Source: the human T2T-CHM13v2.0 reference genome, Homo sapiens. Taken from it: DNA of 64,000 nucleotides. Positions 1 to 11,300 of this stretch are shown here, one piece after another. Location: assembly GCF_009914755.1 (NCBI RefSeq), contig NC_060941.1. The stretch is one strand, 5' to 3'. Positions within the stretch are counted from its first letter, which is position 1. Each line of letters opens with the position of its first letter. The notes under the pieces are model-generated. The model was not told where the DNA came from and did no database searches. It saw only the letters and a program-made list of their open reading frames with translations. The translations under genes and the position numbers were made by a program.

Positions 1-647
1 GACAGAAGCATTCTCAGAAACTTTTCTGTGATGACTGCATTCAACTCACAGAGTTGAACACTCCTTTTGAGAGCGCAGTTTTGAAACTCTCTTTCTCTGG
101 AATCTGCAAGGGGACATGCAGACCTCTTTGAAGGTTTCGTTGGAAACGGAATCATCTTCACATAAAAATTACACAGAAGCATCCTCAGGAACTCCTTGGT
201 GATGTTTGTATTCAACTTCCAGAGTTGAACTTTCCTTCGGAAAGAGCAGCTATGAAACACTCTTTTTCTAGAATCTGCAAGTGGACATTGGGAGGGCTGT
301 GAGGTTTGTGGTGGAAAAGGAAATATCTCCACATAAATACTAGATAGAAGCCTTCTCAGAAACTACTTTGTGATGATTGCATTCACCTCACGGAGTTGAG
401 CATTCCTATTAAAAGAGCAGTTTGGAAACACTCTTGTTGTAGAATCTGCTAGTGGAGATTTGGAGCGCTTTGAGGCCTATGGTAGTAAAGGGAAGAGCTT
501 CACATAAAATCTAGACAGAAGCATTCTCAGAAAATACTTTGTGATGATTGAGTTTAACACACAGAGCTGAACATTCCTTTGGATGGAGAAGGTTTGAAAC
601 ACACTTTCTGTAGAATCTGCGAGTGGATATTTGGACCTCTCTGAGGA

Positions 648-664
648 TTTCGTTGGAAACGGGA
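648..664 (+). promoter_or_regulatory. CENP-B box, monomer m4 (repeated in each HOR)
   Basis: TTTCGTTGGAAACGGGA, canonical 17-mer. Confidence 0.95.
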
Positions 665-813
665 TAACTGCACCTAACTAAACGGAAGCATTCTCACAAA
701 ATTCTTTGTGATGTTTGCATTCAAATCCCAGAGTTGAACCTTCCTTTGATAGTTCAGCTTTGAAACACTCTTTTTGTAGGATCTGCAGGTGGATATTTGG
801 ACCACTCTTTGGC

Positions 814-830
814 CTTCGTTCGAAACGGGT
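814..830 (+). promoter_or_regulatory. CENP-B box, monomer m5 (variant with core intact)
   Basis: CTTCGTTCGAAACGGGT matches the essential pattern nTTCGnnnnAnnCGGGn. Confidence 0.85.
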
Positions 831-1326
831 ACATCTTCAAATAAAATCTAGACAGAAGCCTTCTCAGAAACTTCTCTGTGACGATTGCATTCAACTCAAA
901 GCGTTGAACCCTCCTATGGATAGAGCAGTTTTGAATCTCTCTTTTTGTGGAATCTGCAAGTGGATATGTGGTCCTCTTTGAAGATGTCTTTGGAAACGGG
1001 AATATCTTCACATAAAAACTAGACAGAAGCATTCTCAGAAACTTCTCTGTGATGTTTGTGTTCAACTCACAGAGTTTCACGTTGCTTTTCATAGAGCAGA
1101 TGAGAAACATGCTTTTCGTAGGGTCTGCAAGTGGACATTTGGAGAGCTTTCAGGCCTGTGGTGGAAAACGAATTATCGTCACGTAAAAACTAGAGAGAAG
1201 CATTGTCAGAAACTTGTTTGTGATGACTGCATTCAACTCACAGAGTTGAAGGTTCCTTTTCAAACAGCAGTTTCCAAACACTCTTTCTGTGGCATCTGCA
1301 AGTGGATGTTTGGGCCTCTTTGAAGA

Positions 1327-1343
1327 TTTCGTTGGAAACGGGA
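1327..1343 (+). promoter_or_regulatory. CENP-B box, monomer m8
   Basis: TTTCGTTGGAAACGGGA. Confidence 0.95.
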
Positions 1344-1839
1344 TAATCTTCACAGAAAAGCTAAACAGAAGCATTCTCAGAAACTTCTTTGTGATGTTTG
1401 CTTTCAACTCACAGAGTTGAACTTTCCTTTTGAGAGAGAAGCTTTGAAACACTCTTTTTCTAGAATCTGCAAGTGGGTATTTGGAGGGCTTTGAGGCCTG
1501 TGGTGGAAAAGGAATTATCTTCCCGTAAGAACTAGATAGATGCATTCTCAGAAACTACTTTGTGACGATTGCATTCAAGTCACAGAGGTGAACATTCCCT
1601 TTCAGAGAGCACTTTGGAAACCCTCGTTGTGTAGAATCTGCAAGTGGAGATATGGACCGCTTTGAGGCCTATGGTAGTAAAGGAAACAGCTTCATATAAA
1701 AACTAGACAGCAGCATTCTCAGAAAACTCTTTGTGACGACTGAGTTTAACTCACAGGGCTGAACATTCCTTTGGATGCAGCAGTTTGGAAACACACTATC
1801 TGTAGGATCTGCAAGCGGATACTTGGGCCTCTCTGAGGA

Positions 1840-1856
1840 TTTCGTTGGAAACGGGA
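1840..1856 (+). promoter_or_regulatory. CENP-B box, monomer m11
   Basis: TTTCGTTGGAAACGGGA. Confidence 0.95.
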
Positions 1857-2177
1857 TAAACCGCACAGAACTAAACAGAAGCATTCTCAGAACCTTCTTC
1901 GTGATGTTTGCATTCAACCCACAGTGTTGAACCTTTCTTTGATAGTTCAGGTTTGAAACACTCTTTTTGTAGAAACTGCAAGTGGATAACTGCACTTCTT
2001 TGAGGCCTATCGTAGTAAAGGAAATAACTTCCTATAAAAACATGAGAGAAGCTTTCTCAGAAAATTCTCTGGGATGATTGTGTTGAACTCACAGAGCAGT
2101 ACTTTCCTTGGGATGGAGTAGTTTCGAAGCACACTTTCTGTAGAATCTGCAAGTGGATATTTGGTCCTGTCTGAGGA

Positions 2178-2194
2178 ATTCGTTGCAAACGGGA
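2178..2194 (+). promoter_or_regulatory. CENP-B box, monomer m13, overlapping the HOR-defining EcoRI site (2176-2181)
   Basis: ATTCGTTGCAAACGGGA retains all nine essential positions. Confidence 0.85.
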
Positions 2195-2342
2195 TAATTT
2201 CAGCTAAGTAAACAGAAGCAGTCTCAGAATCTTCTTGTGATGTTTGCATTCAAATCCCAGAATTGAACCTTCCTTTGAAAGTTCAGGTTGGAAACACTCT
2301 TTTTGCAGGATCTACAAGTGGATATTCGGACCACTCTGTGGA

Positions 2343-2359
2343 CTTCGTTCGAAACGGGT
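2343..2359 (+). promoter_or_regulatory. CENP-B box, monomer m14 (variant with core intact)
   Basis: CTTCGTTCGAAACGGGT. Confidence 0.85.
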
Positions 2360-5300
2360 ATATCTTCACATAACATCTAGACAGAAGCATTCTCAGAAAC
2401 TTTTCTGTGATGACTGCATTCAACTCACAGAGTTGAACACTCCTTTTGAGAGCGCAGTTTTGAAACTCTCTTTCTCTGGAATCTGCAAGGGGACATGCAG
2501 ACCTCTTTGAAGGTTTCGTTGGAAACGGAATCATCTTCACATAAAAATTACACAGAAGCATCCTCAGGAACTCCTTGGTGATGTTTGTATTCAACTTCCA
2601 GAGTTGAACTTTCCTTTCGAAAGAGCAGCCATGAAACACTCTTTTTCTAGAATCTGCAAGTGGACATTGGGAGGGCTGTGAGGTTTGTGGTGGAAAAGGA
2701 AATATCTCCACATAAATACTAGATAGAAGCCTTCTCAGAAACTACTTTGTGATGATTGCATTCACCTCACGGAGTTGAGCATTCCTATTGAAAGAGCAGT
2801 TTGGAAACACTCTTGTTGTAGAATCTGCTAGTGGAGATTTGGAGCGCTTTGAGGCCTATGGTAGTAAAGGGAAGAGCTTCACATAAAATCTAGACAGAAG
2901 CATTCTCAGAAAATACTTTGTGATGATTGAGTTTAACACACAGAGCTGAACATTCCTTTGGATGGAGAAGGTTTGAAACACACTTTCTGTAGAATCTGCG
3001 AGTGGATATTTGGACCTCTCTGAGGATTTCGTTGGAAACGGGATAACTGCACCTAACTAAACGGAAGCATTCTCACAAAATTCTTTGTGATGTTTGCATT
3101 CAAATCCCAGAGTTGAACCTTCCTTTGATAGTTCAGCTTTGAAACACTCTTTTTGTAGGATCTGCAGGTGGATATTTGGACCACTCTTTGGCCTTCGTTC
3201 GAAACGGGTACATCTTCAAATAAAATCTAGACAGAAGCCTTCTCAGAAACTTCTCTGTGACGATTGCATTCAACTCAAAGCGTTGAACCCTCCTATGGAT
3301 AGAGCAGTTTTGAATCTCTCTTTTTGTGGAATCTGCAAGTGGATATGTGGTCCTCTTTGAAGATGTCTTTGGAAACGGGAATATCTTCACATAAAAACTA
3401 GACAGAAGCATTCTCAGAAACTTCTCTGTGATGTTTGTGTTCAACTCACAGATTTTCACGTTGCTTTTCATAGAGCAGATGAGAAACATGCTTTTCGTAG
3501 GGTCTGCAAGTGGACATTTGGAGAGCTTTCAGGCCTGTGGTGGAAAACGAATTATCGTCACGTAAAAACTAGAGAGAAGCATTGTCAGAAACTTGTTTGT
3601 GATGACTGCATTCAACTCACAGAGTTGAAGGTTCCTTTTCAAACAGCAGTTTCCAAACACTCTTTCTGTGGCATCTGCAAGTGGATGTTTGGGCCTCTTT
3701 GAAGATTTCGTTGGAAACGGGATAATCTTCACAGAAAAGCTAAACAGAAGCATTCTCAGAAACTTCTTTGTGATGTTTGCTTTCAACTCACAGAGTTGAA
3801 CTTTCCTTTTGAGAGAGAAGCTTTGAAACACTCTTTTTCTAGAATCTGCAAGTGGGTATTTGGAGGGCTTTGAGGCCTGTGGTGGAAAAGGAATTATCTT
3901 CCCGTAAGAACTAGATAGATGCATTCTCAGAAACTACTTTGTGACGATTGCATTCAAGTCACAGAGGTGAACATTCCCTTTCAGAGAGCACTTTGGAAAC
4001 CCTCGTTGTGTAGAATCTGCAAGTGGAGATATGGACCGCTTTGAGGCCTATGGTAGTAAAGGAAACAGCTTCATATAAAAACTAGACAGCAGCATTCTCA
4101 GAAAACTCTTTGTGACGACTGAGTTTAACTCACAGGGCTGAACATTCCTTTGGATGCAGCAGTTTGGAAACACACTATCTGTAGGATCTGCAAGCGGATA
4201 CTTGGGCCTCTCTGAGGATTTTGTTGGAAACGGGATAAACCGCACAGAACTAAACAGAAGCATTCTCAGAACCTTCTTCGTGATGTTTGCATTCAACCCA
4301 CAGTGTTGAACCTTTCTTTGATAGTTCAGGTTTGAAACACTCTTTTTGTAGAAACTGCAAGTGGATAACTGCACTTCTTTGAGGCCTATCGTAGTAAAGG
4401 AAATAACTTCCTATAAAAACATGAGAGAAGCTTTCTCAGAAAATTCTCTGGGATGATTGTGTTGAACTCACAGAGCAGTACTTTCCTTGGGATGGAGTAG
4501 TTTCGAAGCACACTTTCTGTAGAATCTGCAAGTGGATATTTGGTCCTGTCTGAGGAATTCGTTGCAAACGGGATAATTTCAGCTAAGTAAACAGAAGCAG
4601 TCTCAGAATCTTCTTGTGATGTTTGCATTCAAATCCCAGAATTGAACCTTCCTTTGAAAGTTCAGGTTGGAAACACTCTTTTTGCAGGATCTACAAGTGG
4701 ATATTCGGACCACTCTGTGGACTTCGTTCGAAACGGGTATATCTTCACATAACATCTAGACAGAAGCATTCTCAGAAACTTTTCTGTGATGACTGCATTC
4801 AACTCACAGAGTTGAACACTCCTTTTGAGAGCGCAGTTTTGAAACTCTCTTTCTCTGGAATCTGCAAGGGGACATGCAGACCTCTTTGAAGGTTTCGTTG
4901 GAAACGGAATCATCTTCACATAAAAATTACACAGAAGCATCCTCAGGAACTCCTTGGTGATGTTTGTATTCAACTTCCAGAGTTGAACTTTCCTTTCGAA
5001 AGAGCAGCCATGAAACACTCTTTTTCTAGAATCTGCAAGTGGACATTGGGAGGGCTGTGAGGTTTGTGGTGGAAAAGGAAATATCTCCACATAAATACTA
5101 GATAGAAGCCTTCTCAGAAACTACTTTGTGATGATTGCATTCACCTCACGGAGTTGAGCATTCCTATTGAAAGAGCAGTTTGGAAACACTCTTGTTGTAG
5201 AATCTGCTAGTGGAGATTTGGAGCGCTTTGAGGCCTATGGTAGTAAAGGGAAGAGCTTCACATAAAATCTAGACAGAAGCATTCTCAGAAAATACTTTGT

Positions 5301-8300
5301 GATGATTGAGTTTAACACACAGAGCTGAACATTCCTTTGGATGGAGAAGGTTTGAAACACACTTTCTGTAGAATCTGCGAGTGGATATTTGGACCTCTCT
5401 GAGGATTTCGTTGGAAACGGGATAACTGCACCTAACTAAACGGAAGCATTCTCACAAAATTCTTTGTGATGTTTGCATTCAAATCCCAGAGTTGAACCTT
5501 CCTTTGATAGTTCAGCTTTGAAACACTCTTTTTGTAGGATCTGCAGGTGGATATTTGGACCACTCTTTGGCCTTCGTTCGAAACGGGTACATCTTCAAAT
5601 AAAATCTAGACAGAAGCCTTCTCAGAAACTTCTCTGTGACGATTGCATTCAACTCAAAGCGTTGAACCCTCCTATGGATAGAGCAGTTTTGAATCTCTCT
5701 TTTTGTGGAATCTGCAAGTGGATATGTGGTCCTCTTTGAAGATGTCTTTGGAAACGGGAATATCTTCACATAAAAACTAGACAGAAGCATTCTCAGAAAC
5801 TTCTCTGTGATGTTTGTGTTCAACTCACAGAGTTTCACGTTGCTTTTCATAGAGCAGATGAGAAACATGCTTTTCGTAGGGTCTGCAAGTGGACATTTGG
5901 AGAGCTTTCAGGCCTGTGGTGGAAAACGAATTATCGTCACGTAAAAACTAGAGAGAAGCATTGTCAGAAACTTGTTTGTGATGACTGCATTCAACTCACA
6001 GAGTTGAAGGTTCCTTTTCAAACAGCAGTTTCCAAACACTCTTTCTGTGGCATCTGCAAGTGGATGTTTGGGCCTCTTTGAAGATTTCGTTGGAAACGGG
6101 ATAATCTTCACAGAAAAGCTAAACAGAAGCATTCTCAGAAACTTCTTTGTGATGTTTGCTTTCAACTCACAGAGTTGAACTTTCCTTTTGAGAGAGAAGC
6201 TTTGAAACACTCTTTTTCTAGAATCTGCAAGTGGGTATTTGGAGGGCTTTGAGGCCTGTGGTGGAAAAGGAATTATCTTCCCGTAAGAACTAGATAGATG
6301 CATTCTCAGAAACTACTTTGTGACGATTGCATTCAAGTCACAGAGGTGAACATTCCCTTTCAGAGAGCACTTTGGAAACCCTCGTTGTGTAGAATCTGCA
6401 AGTGGAGATATGGACCGCTTTGAGGCCTATGGTAGTAAAGGAAACAGCTTCATATAAAAACTAGACAGCAGCATTCTCAGAAAACTCTTTGTGACGACTG
6501 AGTTTAACTCACAGGGCTGAACATTCCTTTGGATGCAGCAGTTTGGAAACACACTATCTGTAGGATCTGCAAGCGGATACTTGGGCCTCTCGGAGGATTT
6601 CGTTGGAAACGGGATAAACCGCACAGAACTAAACAGAAGCATTCTCAGAACCTTCTTCGTGATGTTTGCATTCAACCCACAGTGTTGAACCTTTCTTTGA
6701 TAGTTCAGGTTTGAAACACCCATTTTGTAGAAACTGCAAGTGGATAACTGCACTTCTTTGAGGCCTATCGTAGTAAAGGAAATAACTTCCTATAAAAACA
6801 TGACAGAAGCTTTCTCAGAAAATTCTCTGGGATGATTGTGTTGAACTCACAGAGCAGTATTTTCCTTGGGATGGAGTAGTTTCGAAGCACACTTTCTGTA
6901 GAATCTGCAAGTGGATATTTGGACCTGTCTGAGGAATTCGTTGCAAACGGGATAATTTCAGCTAAGTAAACAGAAGCAGTCTCAGAATCTTCTTGTGATG
7001 TTTGCATTCAAATCCCAGAATTGAACCTTCCTTTGAAAGTTCAGGTTGGAAACACTCTTTTTGCAGGATCTACAAGTGGATATTCGGACCACTCTGTGGA
7101 CTTCGTTCGAAACGGGTATATCTTCACATAACATCTAGACAGAAGCATTCTCAGAAACTTTTCTGTGATGACTGCATTCAACTCACAGAGTTGAACACTC
7201 CTTTTGACAGCGCAGTTTTGAAACTCTCTTTCTCTGGAATCTGCAAGGGGACATGCAGACCTCTTTGAAGGTTTCGTTGGAAACGGAATCATCTTCACAT
7301 AAAAATTACACAGAAGCATCCTCAGGAACTCCTTGGTGATGTTTGTATTCAACTTCCAGATTTGAACTTTCCTTCAGAAAGAGCAGCTATGAAACACTCT
7401 TTTTCTAGAATCTGCAAGTGGACATTGGGAGGGCTGTGAGGTTTGTGGTGGAAAAGGAAATATCTCCACATAAATACTAGATAGAAGCCTTCTCAGAAAC
7501 TACTTTGTGATGATTGCATTCACCTCACGGAGTTGAGCATTCCTATTGACAGAGCACTTTGGAAACACTCTTGTTGTAGAATCTGCTAGTGGAGATTTGG
7601 AGCACTTTGAGGCCTATGGTAGTAAAGGGAAGAGCTTCACATAAAATCTAGACAGAAGCATTCTCAGAAAATACTTTGTGATGATTGAGTTTAACACACA
7701 GAGCTGCACATTCCTTTGGATGGAGAAGGTTTGAAACACACTTTCTGTAGAATCTGCGAGTGGATATTTGGACCTCTCTGAGGATTTCGTTGGAAACGGG
7801 ATAACTGCACCTAACTAAACGGAAGCATTCTCACAAAATTCTTTGTGATGTTTGCATTCAAATCCCAGAGTTGACCCTTCCTTTGATAGTTCAGCTTTGA
7901 AACACTCTTTTTGTAGGATCTGCAGGTGGATATTTGGACCACTCTTTGGCCTTCGTTCGAAACGGGTACATCTTCAAATAAAATCTAGACAGAAGCCTTC
8001 TCAGAAACTTCTCTGTGACGATTGCATTCAACTCAAAGCGTTGAACCCTCCTATGGATAGAGCAGTTTTGAATCTCTCTTTTTGTGGAATCTGCAAGTGG
8101 ATATGTGGTCCTCTTTGAAGATGTCTTTGGAAACGGGAATATCTTCACATAAAAACTAGACAGAAGCATTCTCAGAAACTTCTCTGTGATGTTTGTGTTC
8201 AACTCACAGAGTTTCACGTTGCTTTTCATAGAGCAGATGAGAAACATGCTTTTCGTAGGGTCTGCAAGTGGACATTTGGAGAGCTTTCAGGCCTGTGGTG

Positions 8301-11300
8301 GAAAACGAATTATCGTCACGTAAAAACAAGAGAGAAGCATTGTCAGAAACTTGTTTGTGATGACTGCATTCAACTCACAGAGTTGAAGGTTCCTTTTCAA
8401 ACAGCAGTTTCCAAACACTCTTTCTGTGGCATCTGCAAGTGGATGTTTGGGCCTCTTTGAAGATTTCGTTGGAAACGGGATAATCTTCACAGAAAAGCTA
8501 AACAGAAGCATTCTCAGAAACTTCTTTGTGATGTTTGCTTTCAACTCACAGAGTTGAACTTTCCTTTTGAGAGAGAAGCTTTGAAACACTCTTTTTCTAG
8601 AATCTGCAAGTGGATATTTGGAGGGCTTTGAGGCCTGTGGTGGAAAAGGAATTATCTTCCCGTAAGAACTAGATAGATGCATTCTCAGAAACTACTTTGT
8701 GACGATTGCATTCAAGTCACAGAGGTGAACATTCCCTTTCAGAGAGCACTTTGGAAACTCTCGTTGTGTAGAATCTGCAAGTGGAGATATGGACCGCTTT
8801 GAGGCCTATGGTAGTAAAGGAAACAGCTTCATATAAAAACTAGACAGCAGCATTCTCAGAAAACTCTTTGTGACGACTGAGTTTAACTCACAGGGCTGAA
8901 CATTCCTTTGGATGGAGCAGTTTGGAAACACACTATCTGTAGGATCTGCAAGCGGATACTTGGGCCTCCCTGAGGATTTCGTTGGAAACGGGATAAACCG
9001 CACAGAACTAAACAGAAGCATTCTCAGAACCTTCTTCGTGATGTTTGCATTCAACCCACAGTGTTGAACCTTTCTTTGATAGTTCAGGTTTGAAACACTC
9101 TTTTTGTAGAAACTGCAAGTGGATAACTGCACTTCTTTGAGGCCTATCGTAGTAAAGGAAATAACTTCCTATAAAAACAAGACAGAAGCTTTCTCAGAAA
9201 ATTTTCTGGGATGATTGAGTTGAACTCACAGAGCAGTACTTTCCTTGGGATGGAGTAGTTTCGAAACACACTTTCTGTAGAATCTGCAAGTGGATATTTG
9301 GACCTGTCTGAGGAATTCGTTGCAAACGGGATAATTTCAGCTAAGTAAACAGAAGCAGTCTCAGAATCTTCTTGTGATGTTTGCATTCAAATCCCAGAAT
9401 TGAACCTTCCTTTGAAAGTTCAGGTTGGAAACACTCTTTTTGCAGGATCTACAAGTGGATATTCGGACCACTCTGTGGACTTCGTTCGAAACGGGTATAT
9501 CTTCACATAACATCTAGACAGAAGCATTCTCAGAAACTTTTCTGTGATGACTGCATTCAACTCACAGAGTTGAACACTCCTTTTGAGAGCGCAGTTTTGA
9601 AACTCTCTTTCTCTGGAATCTGCAAGGGGACATGCAGACCTCTTTGAAGGTTTCGTTGGAAACGGAATCATCTTCACATAAAAATTACACAGAAGCATCC
9701 TCAGGAACTCCTTGGTGATGTTTGTATTCAACTTCCAGAGTTGAACTTTCCTTCGGAAAGAGCAGCTATGAAACACTCTTTTTCTAGAATCTGCAAGTGG
9801 ACATTGGGAGGGCTGTGAGGTTTGTGGTGGAAAAGGAAATATCTCCACATAAATACTAGATAGAAGCCTTCTCAGAAACTACTTTGTGATGATTGCATTC
9901 ACCTCACGGAGTGGAGCATTCCTATTGACAGAGCAGTTTGGAAACACTCTTGTTGTAGAATCTGCTAGTGGAGATTTGGAGCGCTTTGAGGCCTATGGTA
10001 GTAAAGGGAAGAGCTTCACATAAAATCTAGACAGAAGCATTCTCAGAAAATACTTTGTGATGATTGAGTTTAACACACAGAGCTGAACATTCCTTTGGAT
10101 GGAGAAGGTTTGAAACACACTTTCTGTAGAATCTGCGAGTGGATATTTGGACCTCTCTGAGGATTTCGTTGGAAACGGGATAACTGCACCTAACTAAACG
10201 GAAGCATTCTCACAAAATTCTTTGTGATGTTTGCATCCAAATCCCAGAGTTGAAACTTCCTTTGATAGTTCAGCTTTGAAACACTCTTTTTGTAGGATCT
10301 GCAGGTGGATATTTGGACCACTCTTTGGCCTTCGTTCGAAACGGGTACATCTTCAAATAAAATCTAGACAGAAGCCTTCTCAGAAACTTCTCTGTGACGA
10401 TTGCATTCAACTCAAAGAGTTGAACCCTCCTATGGATAGAGCAGTTTTGAATCTCTCTTTTTGTGGAATCTGCAAGTGGATATGTGGTCCTCTTTGAAGA
10501 TGTCTTTGGAAACGGGAATATCTTCACATAAAAACTAAACAGAAGCATTCTCAGAAACTTCTCTGTGATGTTTGTGTTCAACTCACAGAGTTTCACGTTG
10601 CTTTTCATAGAGCAGATGAGAAACATGCTTTTCGTAGGGTCTGCAAGTGGACATTTGGAGAGATTTCAGGCCTGTGGTGGAAAACGAATTATCGTCACGT
10701 AAAAACTAGCGAGAAGCATTGTCAGAAACTTGTTTGTGATGACTGCTTTCAACTCACAGAGTTGAAGGTTCCTTTTCAAACAGAAGTTTCCAAACACTCT
10801 TTCTGTGGCATCTGCAAGTGGATGTTTGGGCCTCTTTGAAGATTTCGTTGGAAACGGGATAATCTTCACAGAAAAGCTAAACAGAAGCATTCTCAGAAAC
10901 TTCTTTGTGATGTTTGCTTTCAACTCACAGAGTTGAACTTTCCTTTTGAGAGAGAAGCTTTGAAACACTCTATTTCTAGAATCTGCAAGTGGATATTTGG
11001 AGGGCTTTGAGGCCTGTGGTGGAAAAGGTATTATCTTCCCGTAAGAACAAGATAGATGCATTCTCAGAGACTACTTTGTGACGATTGCATTCAAGTCACA
11101 GAGGTGAACATTCCCTTTCAGAGAGCACTTTGGAAACTCTCGTTGTGTAGAATCTGCAAGTGGAGATATGGACCGCTTTGAGGCCTATGGTAGTAAAGGA
11201 AACAGCTTCATATAAAAACTAGACAGCAGCATTCTCAGAAAACTCTTTGTGACGACTGAGTTTAACTCACAGGGCTGAACATTCCTTTGGATGGAGCAGT

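Larger units (their letters stand above)
9..2387 (+). repeat. Canonical 14-mer HOR unit, 2379 bp; probably chromosome 17 D17Z1-B (SF3), with D17Z1-C or a 14-mer D17Z1 variant not excluded
   Basis: Monomer starts m1-m14 at 9, 180, 351, 522, 689, 859, 1030, 1201, 1372, 1543, 1714, 1882, 2052, 2219 (lengths 171,171,171,167,170,171,171,171,171,171,168,170,167,169; sum 2379). ORF track recurs every 2379 bp. Single EcoRI site at 2176. Short 167/168-bp monomers and the B-B-B-A-A box pattern indicate the SF3 pentamer. The locus name is from recalled HOR size and structure, not a search. Confidence 0.75.

Noticed and set aside
9-2387. Assignment to DXZ1 (12-mer, about 2.06 kb), D11Z1 (5-mer) or canonical D17Z1 (16-mer, about 2.7 kb)
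   Set aside because: The unit here has 14 monomers and 2379 bp; these relatives share SF3 monomers but not the period.
9258-9267. Perfect 10-bp palindrome GTTTCGAAAC in m13, plus short dyads such as TTCAAC...GTTGAA
   Set aside because: Short dyad symmetries are a known general property of alpha satellite and too short to imply a specific element; the 10-mer is broken in several units.
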